DNA of 64,000 nucleotides from Fimbriosthenelais zetlandica (Eukaryota), in the NCBI GenBank assembly GCA_977030845.1, contig OZ365110.1, positions 4,712,001-4,776,000 of the forward strand, given 5' to 3'. Both the position numbers and the translations under genes were made by a program. The first letter of the stretch is position 1; each line of letters opens with the position of its first letter. The notes beneath the pieces were generated by a model. The model saw only the letters and a program-made list of their open reading frames with translations. It was not told the origin of the DNA and made no database searches. Of the stretch, positions 12,181-25,090 are shown in pieces.

Positions 12181-14834
12181 TTCCAATGAAGCTGACAGGT
12201 CGTTAGAGTAATGATGATATTAGTACCTGAGGGCAGATCGTCAGGTAGGTGAATACAGGTAACTCGAGATGGAGGTGAAGACTGCAGGTGTTAAGGTTAA
12301 GGTTGGGGGGGTTCCATTAAGGATAGCAGGGTGTGATGGTACTTTCGTCCTCCCCTTGTTCTTGAAATTGATCGGTCACATCGGTTAAATTGGATTTAAA
12401 ATTATATATTCTCTAAAGCGATCACTGAAGGTTGCTCACAGTATTATATGGAATTTGGCAGTATATATCACTCAACCAAATAAACCTAGCTAAGATTCTC
12501 TCCTTCCCATTTCTCTCATAGGTCTAAATACATTATCCCGTATATAAAATTCCACGATGATAAGAACAAAAATTAGTAATGGCTGAATCATCCCTTATAG
12601 CAACAGGGGTGACCAGGATGAATAGAATTGCCACACACGAAGTGCACAGACCTCCAGCAATGAGTAACAATTTGACGAAAGCTATACAACAGCGGAGTGG
12701 AAATTTATATAATATAGCCCCTTCAGGAATTGGATTGAGGGTAAGGTTACAGCCATAAATATAAGTATCTCTATCCCTTTGGATTTTCTTACAAGGGGGG
12801 TCTAACTAGGGACATAGCACAGCACAATCACGAACCCACTGAAAAAAAAATCATCTTTTCAGAGGAATTTCACACTCAATAACCTTGTCCATGTAACATG
12901 GCTATAAACCCAGGGGATGAAGCTTAGCTTTTGAATGCGGAACAATCCTGAATGATGGGGGGAGAAGGTGGGGGAGATACCCCTTGATCCGTCTAATCTG
13001 TCTATGTGAAGACACTTGGAGCCATCTTTGTGGGTCTGGCCCATGTTGTGTCTTCCCTCTCTGCCTCAGCGGCGTCAAAAACACCGGAGAATAACCATCA
13101 AACGCGATAAAGAGAAGCTTGTAATAATTTTGCCTGGCCCTTCCGCTATCCACAAGTATCTCAGAGCCATGTAAATCATTTATACAGCCGTCAAATGAAA
13201 GCAAAGTGTGAACAAACTCTAGATGAAGTCGGGCGCCGCTGAAGATACCGCAAAAATGTAACAGTTAGATGAGTATCTCTGTGAGGTGAGGTGAAGAGCA
13301 TGTAGATCTCATTCTAAACGATTTAAACACGGGTCAAAGTCATATCAAACCATTCTAAAGCAAGTCTCTATAGCATGGGATCTTATCACCAAGCGAAATA
13401 GTCAGTACTGCTCAGTAAGTTGGCCTCGTCCCACAATGAGTGGGAGTCAGTCTTATAACTTCACAAACAATTCTAGATTTGAATTGCGGGTCGTACCATT
13501 TTTAGAGATCTAAGCATTCCCGTAAGAAAAATAGCTTAGTATAATAATATGTCACTTCGATGCATCTCCCCTCAGGAAAAACACAGTAATGAACAGTGAT
13601 CATTTAGAAGACAAATTGAGCCAGGTTCTGCTGATTTATTCTTGTCATTTTTTGACAAACAATAAACCTAACTTAACTGTCTGACATCAGCCCTAAAACA
13701 ACCAAAGAACCCTGTCCAGCAAAAAAGCAGGTAGAAGGGTGTGGGAAAGTACTTGAGGTGATGTCAATAGTAAGTGACTTTAGGACGCCAGGTGCTGTGT
13801 AGAACCATGTCCATACAACATAAGACCCCGTACTCGATACACTCTCAACCTTTGACAATAAATTTGCGGATAACAGCCGACCAAGGTGAACAGTCATAAT
13901 TTTCCTTTGGCAAAAAGCACTGCGTGGTATCCATGTCCTCTGAAGTAATATAATGTATGTATGGCTGTATTTTAGACATGAGCCAAACGAAAAGTTGTAC
14001 ATGAATATTATCAAAGTTGTTCATGTCTGTTTACGCAATGAATTTCCAATGGATTTATGTGCCGCAACTAGGATAAGTGTCACTGCACTAGCAGGAGCTG
14101 GCTATACAAATTGGTGAATGGTGCCTACATTGTGCTCGATGTACATAACTATAACATGCTCTATGATAACTTGTGAATCGATGCATGTGGCAGATATGGC
14201 AGTTCAGGCCGTAGGAAAGTCAGCCATAAGGGCCAGCCGCAACAAAATCGCAACACTTGCGACGAAAAAGGACCCCAGTGGAGCTATATATACCCCATAA
14301 CCAATTGACTGACAAGTCGAGGCTACATCAAGCTAAGGGGCATGGGACTTAAATAATATTGCAGTTTGCATTGAGCTAGAACTTCTTTTCTTCCAGTGAC
14401 TTTTTCATTCCTTGACTTTGAAGTATGACTTTATATAGCATTAGTCACATGTGACAGTTGACTTTTTTCACTTCATTCGTATATTCAACTGCTGTCTGGT
14501 TCCAGAGCCAGCACAGATCCACGTGAGCTATATAGTAAGGAGCAGCTCCCAAATAAGTCCTATATTACCCTGTATGTATCATATGGCACAGAGCAGATGA
14601 CTGTGAATTGCCACATTGATATTCCAACCATGACTGGAGCCTTTCAAAGAACGCTTTCAGGTTTGTTCCGAGGTGATGCATCTTAACTGGATTGGGCGCG
14701 CCACCAAAGCCCCTCACACAGGCCTGGGTCAACACGACTAGTCCTTTTACTCGTTTGGAATCTCATCTTTTCCACGATTTTGATCCTGCTCGAGTAAATA
14801 GAAGATGACATGTTGGAGGAGGTAATCTTGTACA

Positions 14835-14910
14835 GCACCGCCCCCTGGTGTCTGTCTTTGAGGTGTGTTCTGGTTGCCATGGCTGCGTGCTCAAAGCCAC
14901 TTCCGGTTGG
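14835..14910. promoter_or_regulatory. compact motif cluster: CTCF-like, RFX X-box-like and ETS sites
   Basis: 14835-14852 reverse complement gacaccagggggcggtgc resembles the CTCF core CCACCAGGGGGCGC. GTTGCCATGGCTGC lies at 14873-14886 and CACTTCCGGT at 14899-14908. Confidence 0.35.
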
Positions 14911-17900
14911 TTGGCAAGGAGCGGGTGACCTTTTACAAGGTTCTTGTGGTGGCGACGATCTATACAAATATTCATTCATGGAGTCACACGAGTAGAGGTG
15001 GAAGTGGAAATGTAAGGCTGTTATAGATCGTTCTCTGACTTGACACATATTTTACTGCCAATACAGTTTTGCACGTCAGTAAAATGACTTGGCATTTGTG
15101 TGTTGTTTTGTTCTTTCTGTTTTAGTTTTTTTATGGTTTACTTCCTTGTTGTTTTTGATGGATTGATTATTTTTCAAGTCTTCTTAATATCATTTTTCGA
15201 AATTTTCTTCACGCTGCTGGAAATTAGAGCTCAAGGACTTAGCAAGAAGAACTAGATTGAGAGCACCCTGATAGGCCTACGGATGGGACAGCTAAACAGG
15301 CAGTAACGTAAGAAATGATTGTGTACAACTGAATGTGGTCACAGTTACTTCATGCTGAGAAATTAGAGCTTCCAACAAGAACTGAACAAGATGTCTAAAG
15401 TAAAAGAATATTGACTTGAAAATATCTTGATACGGATAGAACTCCGAATATACAGTAGTAACCTTAGTCAAGATACAAGTAAATACATATTACGACGGGA
15501 AAGTGGTCCAGCCTGGAGGACCGATCAGTGAGGAGGATAGAAGGAGACGTGTGCATGTAGCTTTAATAATAAAAGGATGTTTCAACACGCCCTCTAAAAA
15601 GCTGGCCGCCCCATATGACTCATTACTCCTACATTATACCTGAGATGGCTAATGCGCTGAGTGGGATAACTCCATCACGCAAGCATGTTCACCCAGCATG
15701 CACTTTCAGAAAGCATTCTGTGCATGAGGACCTGCACGTGCTGATAATAACATAGTATAGACTGCATGTTTCTGACTTTATTTGACAGGGTCGGTAGCTT
15801 CTTTAAATTCGTCAAAACGCTCTTGGAACAGGAGCCGAGAGACCTTCGAGTATCGTAGGTCGTATGAGATGGGATTTTGAAGAGTAGGCCTATCTCTGGG
15901 AGGAGGGAGTTTACATTTAGATTTATATATATATATCCTACCAACATTCCATATTATGGATTCTATATGAAAAATTATTTTGTAAGGCTTCGTTTTCAAT
16001 GTATGACTATACATATTGTGCGATTGAAGACAAATGTATAGACCTTACTCCATGCATTTCTGTAGGCTATACTATAGAAATGAACAGGAATTTTTCTAAG
16101 TAACACACCTAAAAATAAGAAAAATATGGACCATTCTGAAGAACCATTCTGTTATTTAATAATCAACAGCTAAATACACATTTCACAATCTATCAGAGAT
16201 GAAGCAAATAGACGAATTACGTTAATTACATTTTTGTTTCTTTGCTCGTTGTTCGAATGAGATTTCCTTGCTCAACAAGTTAGCCTCATGTAGGAAGGGA
16301 ACAATGAAATTCCCCCTTGCTCTGAAGTTTTAATTGGATAACAAATTTTCTATCCAATTACCCTCTCCAATTCTGATCAGGTTTTAAAGGGATGAGAGTC
16401 TCCTTCCTTTGCCAATCAGATGTTGCGATGTCTCTTCTCATTCAGTGAGAGAAACTTTTCCTGCCGGCTTTGTCGACTACTTCAGAAATGTGTCGAAACC
16501 GTTCAGGAAGAGATTATTTTCCTTTGGGGCATTCAGTTGTAAGGGAATATCACTGGGGAAGATATCTGGACAAGTAGACCTACTATTATCTATTGGTCAT
16601 CATGAAATGAGCATTTTGGGGATGATTTTCTCATTATTTGGTGCAGGCACTAAGAATTTCCCAAGGCCATGGTATGATTATCCTGGATATTTCTGAATTT
16701 TGATTCCCTCTCTATCTTCCTGAACTGTTTCCTTGATGTAGCCTACGTCAGCTATACATCAGTTAGCCATAACCAATTCACCGGCCAACCAGACATACGT
16801 CAACAAAACTATTCAATGGACATAAGTATTATGTATGAAGACCGAGGTCATAGAACAATCGCCAGGCGAATAACTGGCTGGTAGCACAGAAACTTCAAGT
16901 CCAACCATAGTATACAAACTGACAAGTCTGAGTAATATATATGACAATTATTCACCAGAATTCACTGGGCCAGAGAGGGACACACTAACAAGGCTTTTCA
17001 ACCAGGGTGCTTGGATTGTCAAGTGTTCCATTCAGGCTAAGCCTTCTATACCTCACTCCCTATCTTCTCCCTCTCCACAGTTGTTCCAGGTGGCCTCTCT
17101 GTCATAGAGCGCTTTGGTTGAGGTGGTCCCATCTGTCCTACCTATTCACAGAGGGACCCTGGTCCCTGTAAAAGCCTGGATTAGAAGGTACAATGCTCGC
17201 TCTCACACTCACTTATGTTCATAAAAGAGCACCATTGCTCTCCCTCCAGCTCCATTCACTCCAACCCACACTCTACCTAATCCACATCCATCAGCCTTTT
17301 TGTCGCATCCATTCAGAGAATCAATTCATCGGAGGATAAGAAGGAATTTAATTGATTTTCTCATTTGATTTAGAGTCGGAGGTAAATACCTGATTGTGTT
17401 AGGCCCTGCGTTTATTTGATTAATTGCACAACAAAGGCCTTAACACGGTCTTCAGGATAATAGCGTATCTTTCCTATTCAATCACTCGCTAAATTCATCA
17501 TCAGGTTCCCTTCAAATGCTTCATTCATTATAATGTTAATGATATACTCACATGAGAACCATATGAGTGATCGACTGCTGAAACCCACTTTCTCTATTTA
17601 AAATGGACTGTAATCTAAATTACCAAGTCGTATCACATTAGTCTGATTCCACCTCAAAGACACATCAAACGGTGCTTGAATTCGATGTATGATCGACTTG
17701 ATGCTGTCAGATCTAGGGCGTTGCTGTCAAATCTTGATTATGAATAGAAAGCTGAACCCTATACTGTATTTAAAATATTCTAAATCACTGCTCTTTCTAT
17801 GGACATTATATTGCAATAATGGCAGAAGCACCAAATGATCAAAATCAAGATTGAAGCACAAGATCCCGGAGAGACACTTGCAGAAGGTCTCATTCAATGC

Positions 17901-20900
17901 CTGACTTTCAGAGTAAAAGGTGACCAAATACATTTGTAGTTTATTTAAAGTCATATTGATTTCTAAAGGGAATCCCCCCATTATACACATATTCATAGAC
18001 GCATCAACAAGGAGTTTTTCAGATCTCTGTTCACTGCCGGAAGGGTCAATAAGGGTTTCCAAAACCCAAGTACAAACCAGTCCAAACACCTTAAACTGAC
18101 GCTCGTGATCTTTAGTCCCCAGAACCTTCGATCAACATCCCATTGACTAAAAGTGCATTACTTCAATGCAACACGAGACATGAGGACCCTTTTACCTCCA
18201 TCAAGTCAACCTGCACCTCTGATCCTCAGGTCAATTAAGGTCAGACTGACCAGTAGTGGACACACAGGGACCCATTGGAGATGAGGGGTGAGAAGGCAGT
18301 CTGGGAGGTCAGTTGGGTGGCTAGGCAGGCGTGTTTCAGGCCTCCACCCTTGGGAATGCCTCACTCTACTACATAGATGCATAGATCAGAGGAGGAGGGA
18401 GCTGAAAAGACTGGTATCCTCCTGCATGTCCCTATAGAAGTAGAGGGTGTGTCTAGTTACAAAGGGCGAGCCCTGAGTGCTATCATTTCATGGGAGAATA
18501 GGCTGATCATTCTCAGGGGAGATCGACATGGGACCAGACGCTCCAGAGTAGCTCACAGCAAATCGTAGAAGGAAATCCAGACCAATGAAGGGTTTTATTG
18601 TCTGTGATTTTCCCAGAAGCCAGGTGTAAGTGTTCTTGTGTGAACACAAAGATCTTAAATAGAGATTGGTGAAAAATCTTGTTTAAAGAGAATTGGTACA
18701 ATTGAAAGATAAACGGCATGTACATAAAATGTACAACAACAACATTATGACCATCTACAATGTAGATCATCAAATTCCGTGAAGTCAAACTTCAACCATT
18801 AAGGGATCATCAAACTATGAAAATCAAACCCTTGACCATTAATAGACCTTTAAACTATGTGGAGCAAATATTTGATCCAAAAGACATCATCAATATTTTT
18901 GTGGTGAAATGCCTTGTTCATCAGCAGATCATCAATATAGAAACCCCTCAGTGAGTATGCTATGTGAATCAACTAGAGGGAAGCGATAGCTCAGTATAAA
19001 GTGACCATCAATGAAAGGGTGTGGCTGCTGACCATGATTACTGACCATTAGGGCCCAGTCCTTCCTAATGGTCAAGTCAAGCCGGCCAAATGTCCACAAG
19101 ATATTGACCTTGGCACCATTCTAGATCCTACAGGGAACAAGTCCTATATCCTGCCAAGCCATTAGCACTGCCAGAGATAAAACCAGGGATCCACAAAGTG
19201 GAACGAAATGGTAGAAAAGAGAAAGCCCAAGTCATTCATTAACAGGTTGGTTTGATTAGTGATTTAATTTACATCCATGGTGAGCTTAATAACATATTTA
19301 TTTCATCAAATGGCAATTCCCTAGCTTAACGAATATGAAATATGACAAAAACTGTCTGATTTTATTTTTGGATCACAATCACAACACTGAATGCACTGCA
19401 CCAAGTGCATTACTTTCTAGAAATTGCGTCCAACTAACTTCTTACTGAATGCAAAACGACATAGTGAGTCCAGAGCTTAAGAAACTGCAGCCCCTTTACT
19501 CAGCCTTTGACCAACCAGGAAATGGACTCTCAATGGGCATGGGAAATAACAACTTAGAAGACCAGGAATTAGAGGCAGTCAAAAATACATACCGAAAAGT
19601 ATTACATGGAACCCAGTCTCGCGCCATGCAAATGGTTTTTTCATGTACCACGGTCATGAATACTAAAAACCTAAAGTGTATGCCTCTCATAGGCGATTGG
19701 GTTCTTATCAGTATGATCATAATCGCTTGGCTTTGAATGGATGCAGGGTTTTTTACGATAAGGAAAGGTAATATACAATAATAGCTGGGGCTTTTATGAA
19801 CTGACTCGCTTGCATGTTAAGCTTTTATGTATCTGGACACACAATAAGTTTTTGGCGCGAGCTATGGGTAATACACTGTTAACTCAAGTAACTTATCAAT
19901 GCGAGTTAACGCCAACTAACCTCTGGAGTTCAATCAAAATAGGAAGTATAAGAAATATGCCTTTTTCTGAGAGTGTGGCTATTATAGTGTCCATACGCCA
20001 GGCTTTCAAATAATACATGTACTGCATACTCTCAAACTAACCATGAAATAATTGATATGCAGTTATGTCTGCAAGACACTCTCTGTTTTTAGTGGTAAAA
20101 ATGAGAAAAGGAACTGACAGTGTAGAGGATGGAAGGAGTGATATGACAATGAGTAGCATCTTGTGTGATGTATGTGTCGACATACTGGCAGGATTATAGC
20201 CTCTTCAGGCCTAATTAGCTCCCCCGGCTATCACATTAATATGGCTTATGTGGCAGATTTACTCCCCAGTTATATTTCCTAAATGCTAAATGCAAATTCT
20301 CCCCAGAGACGTTCCACGGCTGCAGGGATTATAGCCCCAGGCAGGCAGCGTCCTCGCTGGCCATGAATTTAGCGATGATAATCAAATTAATTTTTTGGAA
20401 TGAATGAATCCTCGTTGGCCTTCCTATATGCAGGCAAATACTTTATACTTAAGGCTTAAAGATATATATCGCCTTATCAGAAGTACTAAAATCTACTAAG
20501 TAACATATTGCGTACAAAGTACTATGTTTAGTATTATATTATTCTTTTATTACCAAGTGTTTTACTGATCATAGAACTATAGGGAGTAATACTTTTTATG
20601 TACTAAATAACTGATAAGAATACTTTAAAAGTTTTTAAGTTTATTGCGATCATGTGAGGCATAAGAAACTCTTTCAGCTCAAAATAGATTCCAAACATGT
20701 ACTATTTCGCCCTTAGGACTTTATGCATTAATTCTGGTTACACAAGACCTTAGTAAATGGCACTTGTACGAACCTTGGTGACATATTTGAGGTCCAACTA
20801 CAAGTTCAAGGTAGTTATATTTGTACCAAGTCTTGATGTTATTCTGCATCTATAGACATATTCGAGGCACTGGCATGCAGTAAGATGGGAGAATGATAGA

Positions 20901-21677
20901 AGGAAGGATACTTGGTGGGATATTTGACAAATAGGACAACCCGCCAATGGTGAAATGTCAAATAATGTACGCCTCCTGCTGGCAAGGCTCAGGCTTGTGA
21001 CAGGAAGGCATTTGACAGAAGCTGATAGTTGTGACAGCAAGTCATTCTCATAGTGACAGTGGGTCATTGTGACTGTCAGGATGACCGCATCTATAGGGCC
21101 AAGAGAACTGATCCCAGCAGCAGGAGATGTCCCATCATCTGTCATGGCTGGCCATAGTTAGGCCAAAAAAAATGTTATGCATCAATACCACCTGGGCAAA
21201 ATTCGTGTGGTGGCGTGTTTTGGGGGGTCTTTTTAAGATGTTTCCAGATACACTTAATGTTTTGCAATCCTTTGGTTAGACAATCATAATTAACTGAGAA
21301 TGGAAAGAAATGAAGAACCAGAATATTGTGATTCAATTCGGCATTTGCTTAACAAAAAAATGAAGACAAATGACCTAGATTTAAAGCTTAATGACCTTTT
21401 TTTTAAGTGATGCCCAAGGTTTGTGTGGTGAAGCTAAACATAATATTGTTTTGGCCTTACATGACCAGTCTATGACTGGTCTGTCAGGAGGCGACCTGTC
21501 AGTGTCAGCTGTCAGTGACATGGTGGATCAGGAGGGGCTTTCCAATACATGTCCATTGGCAATCAGGAGTGGTTATTGCAATAATGGGCTTCACATTGAG
21601 ATAGCTGTACTAGGTTTCTTTTGCTTTGTTGTGAGTGTTGCACTTTTTGTCGCGGTTAGCCCTTGTGGCTGTTTTCC

Positions 21678-21806
21678 AATACCAAGCCCCCTAGCTAGTG
21701 TGGTTACACTTGCGGCAGATGCGGTAGAAAATCAAGTGGAACCAGTCAATAAACTCAATTTGGCCATTTTATCGATAGCCGCAACACAAGTTGCAATACC
21801 CGCAAG
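21678..21806 (+). repeat. copy of dispersed GCGGCAG-AAAAT hairpin-family repeat
   Basis: aataccaagccccctagctagtgtggttacacttgcggcagatgcggtagaaaatc aligns with 60359-60412 and 2625-2686. A degenerate opposite arm (gccgcaac...cccgcaag) follows. Confidence 0.6.
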
Positions 21807-22744
21807 GCATACAATTCAGTGGACCTACTCCATTAGCAACTGATGGGCGAACTGAGTGGTCCAGAGAGAGGTTCGGTAGACATTGGATTCAAGGCCACAA
21901 ATCAATGATATAATAATATTATGATCTGAATAATTGATATTAAATTGTTTACATCTCATAGATCTGGCCCTTTTTTACCAGGAAATTTCCGCTGAAAATA
22001 TCAGACAAGAGTCAATCGTGATTCGTAATGAAGGGCCTGAGGTCTACTGGTTCCATCACCGTTATCTTACATAGAGATTCCTTGCCAGAAAATGGACGCT
22101 GGCCATCTATCAATATAGGGTCTTGGAGGATGGACCTTTCCCAACTGTATATATTGCTCAAACACATAGCAATTCACCAAGCTCCTTTATCTCAGAGTAT
22201 GTACACCAATCTACCATCAATATAGGCCTGGTGAGTGGAGTCCTCAGTGACAAAGGATGGGGAAATGGATGCGCTGTAGTGATACAGTGCTACAAATAGT
22301 CCACTCATCGTTCATGGCACATCTCACCGACAATCTTAATAGACTAGGGGATAAGGACGAGACCAGGATGCCAGGTTGGTTGATCATTTTAGATATTAAT
22401 CATGGTGGGGGATAGGTGGTGGTGGTGGTGGTGGGGGAGGTGTCGCAGGCAAAATTGCAGCAGTGGAGTTCCAGATATAACGTCAAGTCAGCAAATCTTC
22501 AGGTATAACTCAACCATTACGCAACACACCCGGATATTATAATGGTCTGCTTTTTGAAAATGAAATCAACCTTGGAAGACATATCTGGTGTTTGAGATCC
22601 AGAGGCGTGTGATTCCCATGTCCACGGTTACAACTGCTCAAACAGCCCATTTTCTTGCAGCAATATAAACATTTATTAATCTGGAATCTCGCAACTGGTT
22701 GTCGCCAATGCGTGACAGCTCTACCACAAGAAAACATGGCCGCA

Positions 22745-23003
22745 ATAGAGGTTTTTCACGAGACGTCCCAGGCGTCAAAATGAGACAATCCGCCATTTTG
22801 GACGTATAGCACTGCACGTCTATAGGGTACACAAACAACATCCATGTACTTTGGAAACTTCTAGTGGGTTGTCTACTATTATTTCTAACTTTGTAAGGCA
22901 GTTTGTTTGAACGTAGACAACGTCTTAGACGTGCATTGCTATACGTCCAAAATGGCGGATCGTCGTATTATGACGCCTGGGACGTCTCGTGAAAAACCTC
23001 TAT
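22745..23003. mobile_element. young 259-bp MITE with 78-bp terminal inverted repeats
   Basis: Arms 22745-22822 and 22926-23003 match at 73/78 positions when reverse-complemented. The termini read ta-gagg...cctc-ta, consistent with a TA target duplication. Each arm contains a YY1-like CCGCCATTTTGG. Confidence 0.85.
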
Positions 23004-23429
23004 ACGAAGATTGCAATGAAATTACGCAAGAATCCCTAGTACTTAGTGAAATTTTGCTATGGTCGATAAAGGACCCCACAAGGACACCCACCCACCCGCC
23101 CTCACCTTCCCACCAACCCTCTGATGACGGGACCAGGTAAGTCAAGAGAGGCCAGCCAAACATGTCCGCCCTATTAGTACAAATGAAGGCCGCTAGGAGC
23201 TTCCGGTCAGGGGCCTCATCAATTACCCCCGTCTACCACTAGGGGTCGGGGCATGGGATGGATGAGCGAGTGGCGTGAGGGAGAGACGAAGGCCGGGCAT
23301 GCACAAACTGCAAGTGGTGGGTGGCACATTCTGCTGCATGGACAGTAGGGAAATATTTACAGACCCCTAAAAAGACTTTCTAATCTTTAAAAGTTACCAC
23401 ATTTATAAGACATTGATGCCAATTATTGC

Positions 23430-23630
23430 TTCCCATTCTCTCCTTCCTTCATTCACTCACTCTTCTCTATCCCTCCTCCCCTCCTCCAATACTCCCATCC
23501 CCTTTCTCTTCTATCTCCCTCTTTTCTCCTTGGCATTCTTTCCATGCTCTTCCATCCCTTCCCTTCTGTCCCTTTCTCAGTTTCTGGCCCATACTTTCTG
23601 GCCCACCGTCCCTCCCCTATACCCTTCACA
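23430..23630. repeat. polypyrimidine low-complexity tract
   Basis: C/T-dominated sequence; explains the spurious S/L/P/F-rich ORFs. Confidence 0.8.
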
Positions 23631-24039
23631 GAATTCATGTCATGGAATAGGTTGTTTTAATAAAGACATATATAACTTTGCAGGGGGAAAATTTGATAGG
23701 CTATATAAGAAATACTCATGGCGCTTTGTAAATTAAACTGTTGTAGCAAAGGCATAGTATACAAGTCTTTAGTTTACAAATTACTGAATATTTTAAAAGT
23801 AACTGAACAACCTTTAGGTTGAGGTACAGGCGTGTAGCATAGCCTGACCTTTGAAGGGTGTGTGCAGTCTAATTACATGGTTTCTTCTTTAACAATGAAC
23901 GTGCATGTACGTAAGTAGCCACACCCTTCACTATTTTCTTCAAATTTCACTTTCTTAGAGATTGCCCTTTCCACACCATGTAGTATCAGTTTTACGCCTG
24001 GACGCAAATTGAAAAATATTCCAAACTGAAAAAATGATG

Positions 24040-25090
24040 ATGCATCTACCAATGCAATTGCTGGAGAAGCTATGGTGCAATTTGGACAAAATAGTGATGG
24101 TTGTACTCACTTATGTAAGATAATTCTATTTCCCTGAAAAATGAGTTATTTATAGCCTATAATTGCATGTAAACTTGTAACTGTCTGGAAAATGTCTAGG
24201 AAAGAATCATGGATGCATGCATGCAGGAAAAAAACAAAGAAGATTATAGTTAAACCCAACAGTAGAGGGAAAAAACAGAAAAGGTCTTTTCGAATTAGCA
24301 AAAGGTCCTCACCACTAAAGCCCTTTCTACAAGAAAGGAATTCTTTCTGAACTGAAACATGCCTAAAACACGATAACATTTTTAAAACTTGTACATTGCA
24401 CCAACTGATGTTCCAAAACTGGAACACGCAGTTGAAAAAAGAAATGACTTTCATCTTCAACAAGTCTGGGGCAATTTGAAAACAAGTCGAAAAAACAGAA
24501 GAAGGATACGGCGAGGGAAATGTAAGGGACTTCTTACATAGGTAAAAATATCACAAGACTAACCATCTCCTTGGAGTGGGCACGTGACGAAAGTTTCAAA
24601 ACTTTCCACAATGTAAATTTAATGCCGCAAAGGGAGACCAGGTTGGGTGTGTGGTGGGGCCGTCAAAGGGTTCTAAATCATGGAAAGTATTGCCTTTTGC
24701 TTCTGCTACTTTCTTCTGCTACTGGAGCCTTGACATTTGGACAGAAGCTAGCCATCTATTCGCCAAACCGACACAAAAGAGGAATAAATACAGAAGCGCA
24801 GACCTCTTGATGGATGGTAGCTTCTCAATCTTGCGGGAGGGATATTTCCAGAATGCTTGGCAGTTCTAATCAAAAGTTGATTTCTAAACACTTTTTCCTC
24901 CTATTTACAGCAGCTTTTAACTTTCTGTGAAAGCGATGAATACCGATCAATCTGCCCCCATGAAAACTGCTATACAAGAGATCTTAAAATGCATTGGATT
25001 CGGAGGTGGAAAGTTCAGTTGGAGAGCAAGTAACAGGACACTAGCACCTTACGAAAGGAATTTCGAAAAGGTTATTGAAAGGTGAAGATT
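24040..25090 (+). pseudogene. degenerate Mutator-like (MULE) DNA transposase
   Basis: Collinear motifs across stops and frameshifts: IAGE..FGQNSDGCTH (cf. LAGDGR.DSPGHNAKYCTY), GNVRDFLHR*KYHKTNHLLGVGT* (cf. GN...L...W.S...HV.N.H.W), FPQC, GSKSWKVL, FC(H)TGAL.F......YSPNR (cf. FCHTG.LE.FHS....Y.PKR), AQT..LMD, and terminal TLAPYER...IER*RF. The consensus is recalled, not computed. Confidence 0.5.

Noticed and set aside
21391-21843. 150-aa hydrophobic ORF sharing SP.....LA.DA.EN with other loci
   Set aside because: The shared peptide reflects the DNA repeat family, and other copies have indels; no evidence of coding constraint.
23128-23142. plus-strand CAG|GTAAGT as a recursive splice site
   Set aside because: No pyrimidine tract upstream; it can only be an ordinary donor candidate.
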